NCBI GenBank assembly: GCA_938004065.1
Contig: CALKWM010000013.1
Span: 2,457 to 66,456, forward strand
DNA: 64,000 nt
Reading direction: 5' to 3'
Source: an uncultured bacterium
Lineage (GTDB): Bacteria > Patescibacteriota > JAHJAL01
The translations under genes were made by a program, and so were the position numbers. This document shows, in pieces, positions 1 to 9,723 of this stretch; the stretch's first letter is position 1; the number at the start of each line of letters is the position of its first letter. A model generated the notes under the pieces. That model was given only the letters and a program-made list of their open reading frames with translations. It had not been told where the DNA came from and ran no database searches.

Positions 1-269
1 ATTTTCTGTCCTTGTTTGATTTCCATCCCGCCGACCGGGAAATTTCCCAGTCGGATTTTTGGTCCACAAAGATCTTGGAGTATAGCGACCGGTTTGTTTA
101 GTTTTTTGGCTTCTTGGCGTATGATATGAATGGTTTTGGCAAACCAGGAGTGGGTACCGTGAGAGAAATTTAATCTGGCAACATCCATCCCGTTTTTGAT
201 CATGAGATTGATTTTGGTTTTGGTTTCGGTGGCCGGACCGATAGTGCAGACAGTTTTAGTTCGACGCAT
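1..269 (-). CDS. pyk: Pyruvate kinase, N-terminal part (runs off window start)
   Basis: Manual translation from ATG at 269: MRRTKTVCTIGPAT...MDVARLNFSHG...AILQDLCGPKIR, the pyruvate kinase N-terminal motifs. Confidence 0.93.
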   Translation of the reverse strand, partial: MRRTKTVCTIGPATETKTKINLMIKNGMDVARLNFSHGTHSWFAKTIHIIRQEAKKLNKPVAILQDLCGPKIRLGNFPVGGMEIKQGQK

Positions 270-273
270 GGTG

Positions 274-567
274 AGTAAGAAATAAGAAGTAAGAAGTAAG
301 AAGTAAGAAATAAGAAACAAGAAACAAGAAACAAGAAAGTATCAAGGATCAATATCCAATATCCAATATTCAATATTCAATATGCAATAAGCAAGAAAGT
401 ATCAATATTCAATATTCAATATGCAATAAGCAAGAAGCAAGAAACTAGAAGCAAGAAACAAGAAGCAAGAAACAAGAAAGTATCAATATTCAATATTCAA
501 TATGCAATAAGCAAGAAGCAAGAAGCAAGACACAAGACACAAGACACAAGACACAAGAGAAAGTAAC
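274..567. repeat. Degenerate heptamer tandem-repeat tract
   Basis: Runs of AGTAAGA/CAAGAAA/CAATATC/CAATATT/CAAGAAG/CAAGACA; internal 52-nt direct repeat at 392-443 and 473-524. Confidence 0.95.
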
Positions 568-670
568 ATGGATTAATAGGTGGTAAGGGGTCAGTGATGA
601 GGGGAAATGATTTAAGAATTTGTATTAAATATTATATACGCATATTTATAATATCCTAAAAATTGAAGAT

Positions 671-711
671 AAAAAAATCACTCCGTGAAAACGTTTTTCA
701 GGAGTGATTTT
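671..711 (-). terminator. Intrinsic terminator after the DUF4870-like gene
   Basis: AAAATCACTCC...GGAGTGATTTT inverted repeat with a U-tract on the minus strand. Confidence 0.7.
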
Positions 712-731
712 AAGCAAAATCGATGAAAAAA

Positions 732-1127
732 CTAGATGTTGATTTTATCAGCGTATTGACCGATCATTGGTAGTTGATTCATTTTGCCGGATAGGGCATT
801 GATGATACCCATGATGACAAAAATAAATAGGGCAATACCGGCAACAAAAATGGCTAAGCCAACCAATAGGCCAACTATCCATCCAATGATAGGAATAAGG
901 GCAACAAAGCCGGTGATGGTGCTGACGACACCTAAAATTACACCACTAATCAATAGCACCAATCCTTGTTTTGCATGAAATTGAGCATAAGGACTGTCTT
1001 TTTTGGCTAGTAATGGTATGAGTACCAGTACTCCAATGTAGCTTAGTACGGCCATCAGTTTGTTTTCGTCAATGTCTTTCTGAGTGGCAGTGGTGGCTTG
1101 TACTTTGGTTTCACTTTTTTCAGCCAT
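732..1127 (-). CDS. DUF4870/Tic20-like membrane protein
   Basis: ENKLMAVLSYIG..LIPLL..DSPYAQFHAKQGLVL and C-terminal LPMIG pattern; about 3 TM segments; TAGGAG SD. Confidence 0.8.
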   Translation of the reverse strand: MAEKSETKVQATTATQKDIDENKLMAVLSYIGVLVLIPLLAKKDSPYAQFHAKQGLVLLISGVILGVVSTITGFVALIPIIGWIVGLLVGLAIFVAGIALFIFVIMGIINALSGKMNQLPMIGQYADKINI

Positions 1128-1230
1128 TTAAATCTCCTATAAAAATAAATAACAATTATTTTCTACTGTTTTATCGTAGAATAGCACTAGGCAGAGTGTC
1201 AAGCATAAGTATTTTTAGATTGAAAAATGC

Positions 1231-2253
1231 CTATTTTTTTTCCGGCTCTTTGGGGGCAAAATAGTGGTCTTTGACTTTCTTTTCAATTTCTTTGGCAAAT
1301 TTGGGATTGTCTTTTAGATATTGCTTGGCGTTTTCGCGTCCTTGGCCGATTTTGTCTTTGCCATAATTGTACCAGGCACCACTTTTTTCGATGATGTTCA
1401 AATTAACCGCGTTGTCCAATAGATCACCTTCATAGGAAATACCTTTGCCGTGAATCATGTCAAAATGTATGACTTTGAAAGGGGGGGCAACTTTGTTTTT
1501 GACAACTTTGACTTGGGTTTGGTTGCCGATGATTTCTTCGCCTTCTTTGATATTGGTTTGACGACGAACGTCAAGTCGGATAGATGAGTAAAATTTGAGG
1601 GCGTTACCACCGGTGGTTGTTTCGGGATTGCCGAACATAACACCGATTTTCATACGTATTTGGTTAATGAAAATTAGAATGGTGTTTGATCGGCTGATAG
1701 CACCGGTAAGTTTACGCAGAGCTTGAGACATAAGCCGGGCTTGCAGTCCCATGTGACTGTCGCCCATATCGCCTTCGATTTCGGCTTTGGGAACGAGGGC
1801 GGCAACGGAATCAACTACAATGACATCAACAGCGTTGGATCTGACCAAGGTTTCGGCAATTTCCAGAGCTTGTTCGCCGGTATCAGGTTGGGAAATGAGT
1901 AAATCATCGAGTTTGACGCCGATAGCTTTGGCGTAAACCGGATCCATGGCATGTTCAGCGTCAATAAATGCCACTAAGCCACCTTTTTTCTGGGCTTCGC
2001 TGGCGATATGGAGGGCTAGAGTGGTTTTACCGCTTGATTCCGGGCCAAATATTTCGATGATACGTCCACGAGGGATGCCGCCTACACCAAGAGCAATGTC
2101 CAGGGAAATTGATCCGGTGGGTATAACATCGACATTGACTAGTTTTTTTTGTCCCAGAGCCATGATCGATCCTTTGCCGAATTGTTTTTCAATTTGAGCA
2201 ACAGCTAAGTCCAGGGCTTGTTTTTTTTGTTTTTGTTCCTCGGTTTTTTGCAT
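1231..2253 (-). CDS. recA: Recombinase A
   Basis: [44 protein letters not shown]. Confidence 0.99.
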   Translation of the reverse strand: MQKTEEQKQKKQALDLAVAQIEKQFGKGSIMALGQKKLVNVDVIPTGSISLDIALGVGGIPRGRIIEIFGPESSGKTTLALHIASEAQKKGGLVAFIDAEHAMDPVYAKAIGVKLDDLLISQPDTGEQALEIAETLVRSNAVDVIVVDSVAALVPKAEIEGDMGDSHMGLQARLMSQALRKLTGAISRSNTILIFINQIRMKIGVMFGNPETTTGGNALKFYSSIRLDVRRQTNIKEGEEIIGNQTQVKVVKNKVAPPFKVIHFDMIHGKGISYEGDLLDNAVNLNIIEKSGAWYNYGKDKIGQGRENAKQYLKDNPKFAKEIEKKVKDHYFAPKEPEKK

Positions 2254-2361
2254 AGCACTTTTGTTAATTTTTAAAACAAATTTATTATAGCATATCGGGA
2301 ATTAATAAATAATTAAGTGTAAAAAAATAATGCTTATATATCACATGGAGATTTCTTTAAA

Positions 2362-2490
2362 CTTTTTTTGGCAGCAAAAAAAGTAACAAAAAAACTGCCG
2401 AGGGTAATAATTGCGGGTATCAGATATTAAATGTAGTTTAGCGCTGAAGGGCCGCAAGTATTACCCCCGGACCCTCTTGTTGCAACGAGA
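2362..2490. repeat. Structured REP/MITE-like palindromic element upstream of recA
   Basis: Stem 2398-2416 (CCGAGGGTAATAATTGCGG) pairs with 2452-2470 (CCGCAAGTATTACCCCCGG); small flanking hairpins; CAAAAAGTAACAAAAAA-like motif recurs near 28237. Confidence 0.5.
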
Positions 2491-2560
2491 TGCGTAGAAA
2501 GAAAAAATTACAAAAAAATATTATATTTATTGATAAAATTATAAGTTAATTTTGATTATG

Positions 2561-2592
2561 AAAAAAGCGAAATATGGATATTGCGCTTTTTT
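2561..2592 (-). terminator. Putative intrinsic terminator after the RodZ-like gene
   Basis: AAAAAAGCG...CGCTTTTTT inverted repeat. Confidence 0.5.
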
Positions 2593-2615
2593 AAAAATGA
2601 TTATTTTCATAATAA

Positions 2616-3575
2616 TTATATATTTTTGGTGGTGGGTTGGTTGGAGATTTGCAGATCTTCAATAATTTGGTCGTCTTCTCCAAGTGTTCCCAAATCTTGA
2701 TCGTTGATTTCAATAATAGTGGCGCCGGCATCAGATGTGCTAATGAAAATATTGCCGGATTCGGTAAAAGAGTGATTGGTACCGGCGGTAATGGTTCCAT
2801 CGAAGATACTTTCCGAAGAGGAATTTTTGATTCTGACCCAGATGTCTTTTTTGGATGCTTGGATGGTTAGATTCAATTGGCTATTGTCGGAATATGATTC
2901 GTCGATATTGGCCACAACTACTTTGGTGGAGGTGGTAGTTTTTCCGATTTTATTTTTGGCGGTAACTTTGATGATGTTGTAACCGTTTTTAAGCTGAATC
3001 GGAGTTTGAAAGTTGCCATTTTTGTCGGTTGTAAGTGGTTGATTGTTTACGTAGAGGACGTTATCAGGATTGGTTTGGCCGACGATATTGACTTTGTTGA
3101 CAGCAACTACCGTATAGTCGGCCGGTTCGGAGATATTTAGTTGGGGGGTTTGGATGAAATAGTTGATTTGAAAATAGGCGTATAGCCCAATGATGGCAAA
3201 TATTGTTAGCGAGGTAAAAATAGTTACAGTGCGGGGAGTAATAATAAGTTGTTGCCAAAACGATCTCTCGTTTTGGAGTTTGATATGGGAATTGTTTTGG
3301 AGAGTCTTGGTTTCGATTTCAAAACGATTTTTGATTTTTGCCAGATCAAGTTCGAGAAATTTGGCATAGTTTAGAACAAAATTCTTGGCATAATTTAAAC
3401 TGGGTAATTTCTCCCACTCATTGTTTTCAATAGCCACAATATATGACTTGCGAATGTTGGTGTATTGTTCGATATGATGAAGTTTAAGCTTGTGTTTAAG
3501 CCGTGTATTTTTGAGTATGCTACCGAGGGAGTTTTTGCCTCCGGTGAGTTTTTTGGTAGAAAAGATTATTGGCAA
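2616..3575 (-). CDS. RodZ-like protein (XRE HTH, TM helix, Ig-like domain, DUF4115-like C-terminus)
   Basis: LGSILKNTR..IRKSYIVAIENNEWEKLP..YAKFLELD HTH; one TM; LKNGYNIIKVTA Ig motif; WVRIK..IFDGTI..G C-terminus; lies downstream of ftsK as rodZ often does. Confidence 0.75.
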   Translation of the reverse strand: MPIIFSTKKLTGGKNSLGSILKNTRLKHKLKLHHIEQYTNIRKSYIVAIENNEWEKLPSLNYAKNFVLNYAKFLELDLAKIKNRFEIETKTLQNNSHIKLQNERSFWQQLIITPRTVTIFTSLTIFAIIGLYAYFQINYFIQTPQLNISEPADYTVVAVNKVNIVGQTNPDNVLYVNNQPLTTDKNGNFQTPIQLKNGYNIIKVTAKNKIGKTTTSTKVVVANIDESYSDNSQLNLTIQASKKDIWVRIKNSSSESIFDGTITAGTNHSFTESGNIFISTSDAGATIIEINDQDLGTLGEDDQIIEDLQISNQPTTKNI

Positions 3576-3643
3576 AGGGTAGAAATTAAGAGATTGATAT
3601 TTATAATTTTGTAACTTATGAAATTGGAATTTGAAACTTGAAT

Positions 3644-5827
3644 TTATAATTCCTCAAGGGATTTGATGAGGACGGTGCGGGGTTTGTTGCCTTCTTGGGG
3701 GCTGATTACGTTTTTTTGTTCGAGAATATCAATCAATCTGGCGGCGCGAGCATAGCCGATTTTGAGTTTGCGTTGCAGAAATGAAGCCGATGCTTGTTGA
3801 GAAGAAATGACAAGTTCCAGTACGTCTCCGATCAAGTTATCGTCAACATCGGCAAAAATTTCTTTGGCATTTTTGTTTTCGATGTTGGTGGCTTGGGAGG
3901 TGATGTCAGAAAAGTATTCAGGTTCGGGTCCTTCGTTTTTCCAGAATTGAGTGATAGCTTCGATTTCCGGATCGGATACAAATACACCTTGAATACGTCG
4001 GGGTTTGCCGGTTTCGCGGGAGATATAGAGCATATCACCTTTGCCAAGTAATTTTTCGGCGCCGGCCATGTCCAAAATAGTGCGAGAGTCTATCTGGGAG
4101 GCGACGGCAAAGGCAATGCGGGTTGCGATATTGGCTTTGATTAGACCGGTGATGACATCGACAGATGGTCTTTGAGTGGCAACTACGAGATGAATGCCGG
4201 TTGCACGAGCCATTTGGGCTAGACGACAGATGGCGGTTTCAATATCGTTGCCGGCAGTCATCATTAGATCGGCCAATTCGTCGATTACGACGATAATATA
4301 TGGTAATTTTTTGGTGGGATTTTTAGAATTGTAACCGGTGATATTGCGAGCTTTGGCCTCGGATAAGATTTGGTAGCGATCATTCATCTCGGTTAGAGCC
4401 CATTTGAGTGCGTTGAGAGCTTTTTGCGGTTCGGTTACGACGGGTGTTAGAAGATGCGGTAGTTTATTGTATGACGAAAGTTCAACTTTTTTGGGATCGA
4501 TAAGGATGAATTTGATTTGTTCAGGTTTGAAATTGGTAAGTAGGGTGGTTAAGAAAGTATTAATGAAGACACTTTTTCCGGAACCGGTTGAACCGGCAAT
4601 CAGTAGATGAGGCATTTTGGTTAGATCATCGATGGTGGGAGTGCCGGAAATGTCTCGGCCCAGTGGGACGGGGATAAAAAACTTTTGTTCGGTAAAAATG
4701 GGTGATTCCAGAATTGGTTTAAGTCGTACCGGGGCGGCTTTTTTGTTGGGGATTTCAATTCCGACCAGAGATTTTCCGGGAATCGGTGCTTCAACTCTGA
4801 TGGGATGAGCGGCCAATCTTAGGGCCAGATCATTTTGCAAACTGGTGATTTTGGAAAGTTTGACGCCGGTGGCCGGTTTGAAAGTGTATTGAGTAACGGT
4901 GGGACCGATATTGACGTCTTTCATTTCGACATCGATACCAAATTCGGAAAGAGTATTTTCGATAGTTTTGACGTTGAGATCGATGTTCCCGCTTTGAATT
5001 TTCATGGTTGATTCTTCCAGAAGAGAAAGTGGGGGTAGTTGCCAGTCGATATTGATTTCTTCCGTTGTATTATCGATGGTTGGTTTTTCTTCTTCGGTTT
5101 GGATTTTGGTGGTAGTGATATTTTTGAGTTTAGATAATTTGTGAATTATATTGTCTGTTTTAACATCAGTTTCAGATTGATTGCTGTCTTGGGTTTGATC
5201 CAAATTGTCCAGTTCGTTTTTATAACTGTTGATGTTAACATCTTTGGGATAGTTTTTGATGGCAACGTATTTTTTGGTTAACAATCGATTACGAATAGTG
5301 GCAATGAAGTTGATGATGGAGGTATTGAAAAAAAGGAGAAAAGATATAATCAAGAGAGTGATTAGGAACAGAAAGGTACCTTGAAAGCCGATGACTTTTT
5401 GACAGACGATAACCAGTCCGTGTCCGATATAACCACCGGCAGAGATATTGTTTGAGTTGGGATTGAAAAATAAATCCGAAACTCCCGGAAGAGTTATTAG
5501 CAGTAGAACAATGCTGAATGACTGTCTGGTTTGTATATTGATTTTTTCAGGAATAATGGCGTTAAGGGCGTAGTAGATGAGAATAAAAGGAATAATAAAT
5601 GCGGAGAAACCAAAGGAGATAGTCAGAAGAGTTTTAATGATAGTACCGGCCGGTCCCAACCAACCAACCATGGCCAATAGCAAAAAAAGAGCAATCAGAC
5701 CGATGATAAAGGCGGCAATTTCTCGACTGGTATCGGGATTTAGATCTAGTTCAACTTTGAAATTATCAAATTTGATAGAACGTTTCTTTTTGCTTTTGGA
5801 TTTTTTATTTGTTCTCCTTTTGGGCAT
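3644..5827 (-). CDS. ftsK: DNA translocase FtsK/SpoIIIE
   Basis: N-terminal TMs, PHLLIAGSTGSGKS, VIDELADLMM, ATQRPSVDVITG, gamma domain LQRKLKIGYARAARLID. Confidence 0.97.
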   Translation of the reverse strand: MPKRRTNKKSKSKKKRSIKFDNFKVELDLNPDTSREIAAFIIGLIALFLLLAMVGWLGPAGTIIKTLLTISFGFSAFIIPFILIYYALNAIIPEKINIQTRQSFSIVLLLITLPGVSDLFFNPNSNNISAGGYIGHGLVIVCQKVIGFQGTFLFLITLLIISFLLFFNTSIINFIATIRNRLLTKKYVAIKNYPKDVNINSYKNELDNLDQTQDSNQSETDVKTDNIIHKLSKLKNITTTKIQTEEEKPTIDNTTEEINIDWQLPPLSLLEESTMKIQSGNIDLNVKTIENTLSEFGIDVEMKDVNIGPTVTQYTFKPATGVKLSKITSLQNDLALRLAAHPIRVEAPIPGKSLVGIEIPNKKAAPVRLKPILESPIFTEQKFFIPVPLGRDISGTPTIDDLTKMPHLLIAGSTGSGKSVFINTFLTTLLTNFKPEQIKFILIDPKKVELSSYNKLPHLLTPVVTEPQKALNALKWALTEMNDRYQILSEAKARNITGYNSKNPTKKLPYIIVVIDELADLMMTAGNDIETAICRLAQMARATGIHLVVATQRPSVDVITGLIKANIATRIAFAVASQIDSRTILDMAGAEKLLGKGDMLYISRETGKPRRIQGVFVSDPEIEAITQFWKNEGPEPEYFSDITSQATNIENKNAKEIFADVDDNLIGDVLELVISSQQASASFLQRKLKIGYARAARLIDILEQKNVISPQEGNKPRTVLIKSLEEL

Positions 5828-5940
5828 ATATTGTGTTAAAAAGGGTTATTTTATACCATTATTTATTATAGCAATAAACAATGATTAAAGACTAAATTTT
5901 TTTAGATAATTTATTTTAAGGAGGTTTTATCGGTTTATTT

Positions 5941-7848
5941 TTATACTTCGATAATGGCGGGCATGATCATCGGGCGACGCTGGGTTTCATTGAAAATAAA
6001 CTCACCGATTTCGTCTCGTATGCGGTTTTTGATTGTGGAAAGATCTATTTGGGTTTTTTCGTGGCGATGATTGATAATGTCGAGGATTTTGATTTTGATT
6101 TTTTTCATCAGTGGATCGGCTTCTTTCATATATACAAAACCGCGGGAAATGATGTACAGATCATCGTCATTGGTTTTGATGTTATCTTTTTTTACAATGG
6201 CGATAATTGTCATCATACCATCGACAGATAGCTGTTGACGATCGCGAATGACAACATTGCCGACGTCGCCGACGCCCAATCCATCGACAAAAACCAAACC
6301 GGAGGTTACTTTTTTGTTGGCATTTATTAATTGATAGTTGCCAAATTCAGCGATTTGACCGTTGTCCAACAAGATATTATTATCTTCCGGAATACCCAAG
6401 TCGATTCCGATTTGCATCAAATTGTGGCGCATACTGAGTGATCCATGGATGGGTAAGAGATATTTGGGACGAATGAGGGCGATCATGGTTTTTAAATCTT
6501 CGGCTGAGCCATGGCCGGAGGCGTGTATGTCCATTGATTTGTCGTCAATAACTTTGGCGCCTTGGCGGATGATGTTGTCGATCATATTGGTAATCGGATT
6601 TTCGTTGCCGGGAATGGGAGAGGAAGAAAGAATAACTGTATCGGTTTTTTTGAGTTTAACACGATTGTGATCGCCGGTGGCCATACGACCAACGGCGGAA
6701 TTTTCTTGTCCTTGACTGCCGGTGGCGATAATGACCAGATTTTTATCAGGAGTTTTATTGATATCTCGGGGGTCAATAAGTACATTTGGTGGTAGTTTAA
6801 AATATTTTAGTTGAGTGGCTATTTCGACATTTTGGAGCATTGAGCGTCCCAAAAAAGTAACTTTGCGATGGTGTTTATAGGCGGCGTTGATGATTTGTTG
6901 GATACGACTAAGGAGGGTGGAAAATGTGGCAATAATTATACGGCCATCACATTTGGTAAATGCGATATCGAGGTTTTCGCCGATTTCTTTTTCAGATATG
7001 GTGTGACCTTTTTGGCCGGCGTTGGTGCTTTCAGAAAGCAATACGGTTACTTTGTTGCTACCGATGGCGGCGATACGTTGCAGATTTGCCGGCTTGTCAG
7101 TAGCGGGAGTAAAATCAAATTTGTAATCTCCTGTATGAACGATTGTTCCTTGGGGAGAGTGGATAACGATGCCGATGGCATCGGGGATGTTGTGATTGAC
7201 GCGGAAAAATTCGATATTGAAGCTTCCGAGTTTGATTTTGTCTATTTCAGGATTGATAGTTTTGAGGGTAGCGGTGATATCAGGAAATTCGGTTAGTCGT
7301 TGTTTGATGAGATTGATAGTTAGTTGTGAACCGAAAATTGGTGGATAACCAATTTGATTGATTAGATATGGGATACCACCGGTGTGATCCAGATGTCCGT
7401 GGGTGATAAAAAGTCCCCGCAATTTGGAACGATTTTTTTTGATGTAATCCAAATCCGGTAAAACAAAATCAACTCCAAGCATATCTTTATCAGGAAATTG
7501 GAATCCAAGATCAATTAAGATTATGTCATTGTCGTATTCAATAGCGGTGCAATTTTTTCCAACTTCTTCAAAACCGCCGAGGGCAATTATTTTTAAAGTT
7601 TTGCCTTTGTAGTTTGTCTTGGGAGTGGTTGGTTTTTTTGAGTAGGTTTGCTTGATAGGTGATTTTCGGGTAGAGAATGGCTTTTTTTGATTGGTTGAGT
7701 GGTGGTGTTGTTTGTGTTTTTTCAGTTTTTCGATGAGTTTTTTTTCTGTTTCCATTTGTTTTTTGGATTTTTCATCGTGGGTTTTTTTGATTTTATTGAT
7801 AGTGCTTACGATTTTTTTGCGTGTAAATTGTGATTTGATGTTGTCCAT
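5941..7848 (-). CDS. rnj: Ribonuclease J with Lys-rich N-terminal extension
   Basis: ALGGFEEVGKN, THGHLDHTGG, HTGDYKFD, HASGH, RRPMIMP. Confidence 0.96.
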   Translation of the reverse strand: MDNIKSQFTRKKIVSTINKIKKTHDEKSKKQMETEKKLIEKLKKHKQHHHSTNQKKPFSTRKSPIKQTYSKKPTTPKTNYKGKTLKIIALGGFEEVGKNCTAIEYDNDIILIDLGFQFPDKDMLGVDFVLPDLDYIKKNRSKLRGLFITHGHLDHTGGIPYLINQIGYPPIFGSQLTINLIKQRLTEFPDITATLKTINPEIDKIKLGSFNIEFFRVNHNIPDAIGIVIHSPQGTIVHTGDYKFDFTPATDKPANLQRIAAIGSNKVTVLLSESTNAGQKGHTISEKEIGENLDIAFTKCDGRIIIATFSTLLSRIQQIINAAYKHHRKVTFLGRSMLQNVEIATQLKYFKLPPNVLIDPRDINKTPDKNLVIIATGSQGQENSAVGRMATGDHNRVKLKKTDTVILSSSPIPGNENPITNMIDNIIRQGAKVIDDKSMDIHASGHGSAEDLKTMIALIRPKYLLPIHGSLSMRHNLMQIGIDLGIPEDNNILLDNGQIAEFGNYQLINANKKVTSGLVFVDGLGVGDVGNVVIRDRQQLSVDGMMTIIAIVKKDNIKTNDDDLYIISRGFVYMKEADPLMKKIKIKILDIINHRHEKTQIDLSTIKNRIRDEIGEFIFNETQRRPMIMPAIIEV

Positions 7849-7870
7849 GAGATTGGATTAATAAGTAATA

Positions 7871-7909
7871 AGTATGCGCCCAAGGCGCACCAGATGACTG
7901 GAAAAGTAA
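7871..7909. repeat. 39-bp double-hairpin element, copy 1
   Basis: AGTATGCGCCCAAGGCGCACCAGATGACTGGAAAAGTAA. Confidence 0.92.
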
Positions 7910-7985
7910 TAAGTAAGAATTGTTAAATGGTCGGATAAAAAATTGTCATATTGCAATATCAAAATATTGTGAAGTCGAATATGAT

Positions 7986-8555
7986 TTATGGTTTTTGTTC
8001 TTGTTTGATTTTTTCTATTATTAATGGAATTTTTTTGAAGTCTGATTCGATAGCGTTACGATTGGCGGGATTGTAGAGTCCGGCCGCCGGGTGATAGAGC
8101 GGTAGGAAAACCTGTCCCTGAAATCTTTTAGGTTGGCCATGGTCGCGGGAAATTTTGAGGTCGGGGAGAAAAAAGTTCATGGCGTGTCGCCCCAAAGTAC
8201 AAATGATGATAGGTTTGATAATATCGATTTGAGCTTTAAGATAGGGAGAACAAGTGTTTATCTCGATTGGAAATGGATCACGGTTTCCGGGTGGTCGGCA
8301 TTTAACGATGTTGGTTATGAAGATATCTTCGCGGTTTAAGTTGATTGAAGACAAAAGTTGATCGAGGTATTTACCGGCGGCGCCGACAAATGGTTTGCCT
8401 TGCAGATCCTCATTTTTTCCCGGTCCTTCACCGATAAACATTATTTCCGCCCGGGGGTTGCCGGCGCCGGGAACGGTAAAGGTGCGGGTTTTAAATAAGT
8501 TGCAATTTTGACAGTTAGAAACGGCTTGGGTAATTTTGGTTAACTTAGTATTCAT
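7986..8555 (-). CDS. Uracil-DNA glycosylase, family 4
   Basis: CQNCNL Fe-S motif, [29 protein letters not shown]. Confidence 0.95.
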   Translation of the reverse strand: MNTKLTKITQAVSNCQNCNLFKTRTFTVPGAGNPRAEIMFIGEGPGKNEDLQGKPFVGAAGKYLDQLLSSINLNREDIFITNIVKCRPPGNRDPFPIEINTCSPYLKAQIDIIKPIIICTLGRHAMNFFLPDLKISRDHGQPKRFQGQVFLPLYHPAAGLYNPANRNAIESDFKKIPLIIEKIKQEQKP

Positions 8556-9720
8556 TGTGGAAATTTACATAACCGGATATTTGGTCACCAACAATCTGAT
8601 ATTGAATGGTCTGATAGGATTGAAAAAGATTTTTGGTGGAGGGAAACAGCTCGATTAACGATGAGATGGGGATGATGTTGATGGGCTCATTGGCGGAATC
8701 TTTCTCATTGGAAAATAAAATATCTTGATTTTCGAGCCAAATGGTAATAGTTTCTGATTGTTGATTGGAATAGGAAATACCGTTTTCAAATGTAGTAACT
8801 TCCAATTTGGAAGCAGGGTCGGGTAAAAATAATTTGCTTGTGGTGTCGTCCGGTAAAGTAACTGTTTGAAGCGAATATGGAGACTCAATTTTAAGGGAAG
8901 AAGTTATTTCGGAAAATACTTGATTGGCTGTATTTGGATCATAATAGTTGAAACGTAGATTTTCCAAGTAATCGATAGTGATAAAATTGATTATTTCAGG
9001 TGAAAAGTTTTCCAAAGAGAGATAGGAAATGTTTAATTTTTGGTCAATGATTTTAGAAATGGCATTTTTGTCGATAGGGTTTTGTTTCGAATATTGAAAA
9101 ACAAAATTGGTATTTTCAGAGTCTGATGATTTGAAAAGGGTTTTAGAGTTTATGTATATATTGTTGTCTTGCCAAATCAGATGAATGGGGAGGTGGTGAA
9201 GAAGTTGAGAGATGTTTAAACCGGTGATTGTGGTTGGTTGGAATTCGGGTAAATTCAGGTTGTAGATATTGAGGAATGAGTCAGTTGGAGGAGTAATCGG
9301 TTCGGGGAGATCATAAGTAGTGGAAAAGGAAAGATAGTTGCCAATAGTTTGCACGTGATAATTTCCCAAATTTTCCGATATTGACTTATCAAATTTTTTG
9401 ATAGTTGGGATAAAAATACTGTAATCTGATTTTTGATTTGGTTTTTGACGAATAAAGAAATGATATTCACAACCCAGATGGAGAGAATTGGTTTTGATAT
9501 AGTCCGCAACGAGAGAAGATTCGGGAAAAAAGTAAAGAATTTTTTCGTTGATTTGGTTGGCGTCGATGTATGAGGGATTGTAGTTGCAATTGGTAGAAAT
9601 GTAGGTTTCCAGTGGATTTGTAGCAATTGATTGATTTTTTGGGTAGTATTCAGATGCCGGTTTGGTACAACCGGAAAAAAAGATGGAGAGGAGAAGGATG
9701 CTAATTGTTTTGAATCGCAT
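8545..9720 (-). CDS. Hypothetical lipoprotein
   Basis: 391-aa ORF tightly packed between pnp and UDG; signal peptide with lipobox-like FSGC. Confidence 0.7.
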   Translation of the reverse strand: MRFKTISILLLSIFFSGCTKPASEYYPKNQSIATNPLETYISTNCNYNPSYIDANQINEKILYFFPESSLVADYIKTNSLHLGCEYHFFIRQKPNQKSDYSIFIPTIKKFDKSISENLGNYHVQTIGNYLSFSTTYDLPEPITPPTDSFLNIYNLNLPEFQPTTITGLNISQLLHHLPIHLIWQDNNIYINSKTLFKSSDSENTNFVFQYSKQNPIDKNAISKIIDQKLNISYLSLENFSPEIINFITIDYLENLRFNYYDPNTANQVFSEITSSLKIESPYSLQTVTLPDDTTSKLFLPDPASKLEVTTFENGISYSNQQSETITIWLENQDILFSNEKDSANEPINIIPISSLIELFPSTKNLFQSYQTIQYQIVGDQISGYVNFHNEY

Positions 9721-9723
9721 ACT

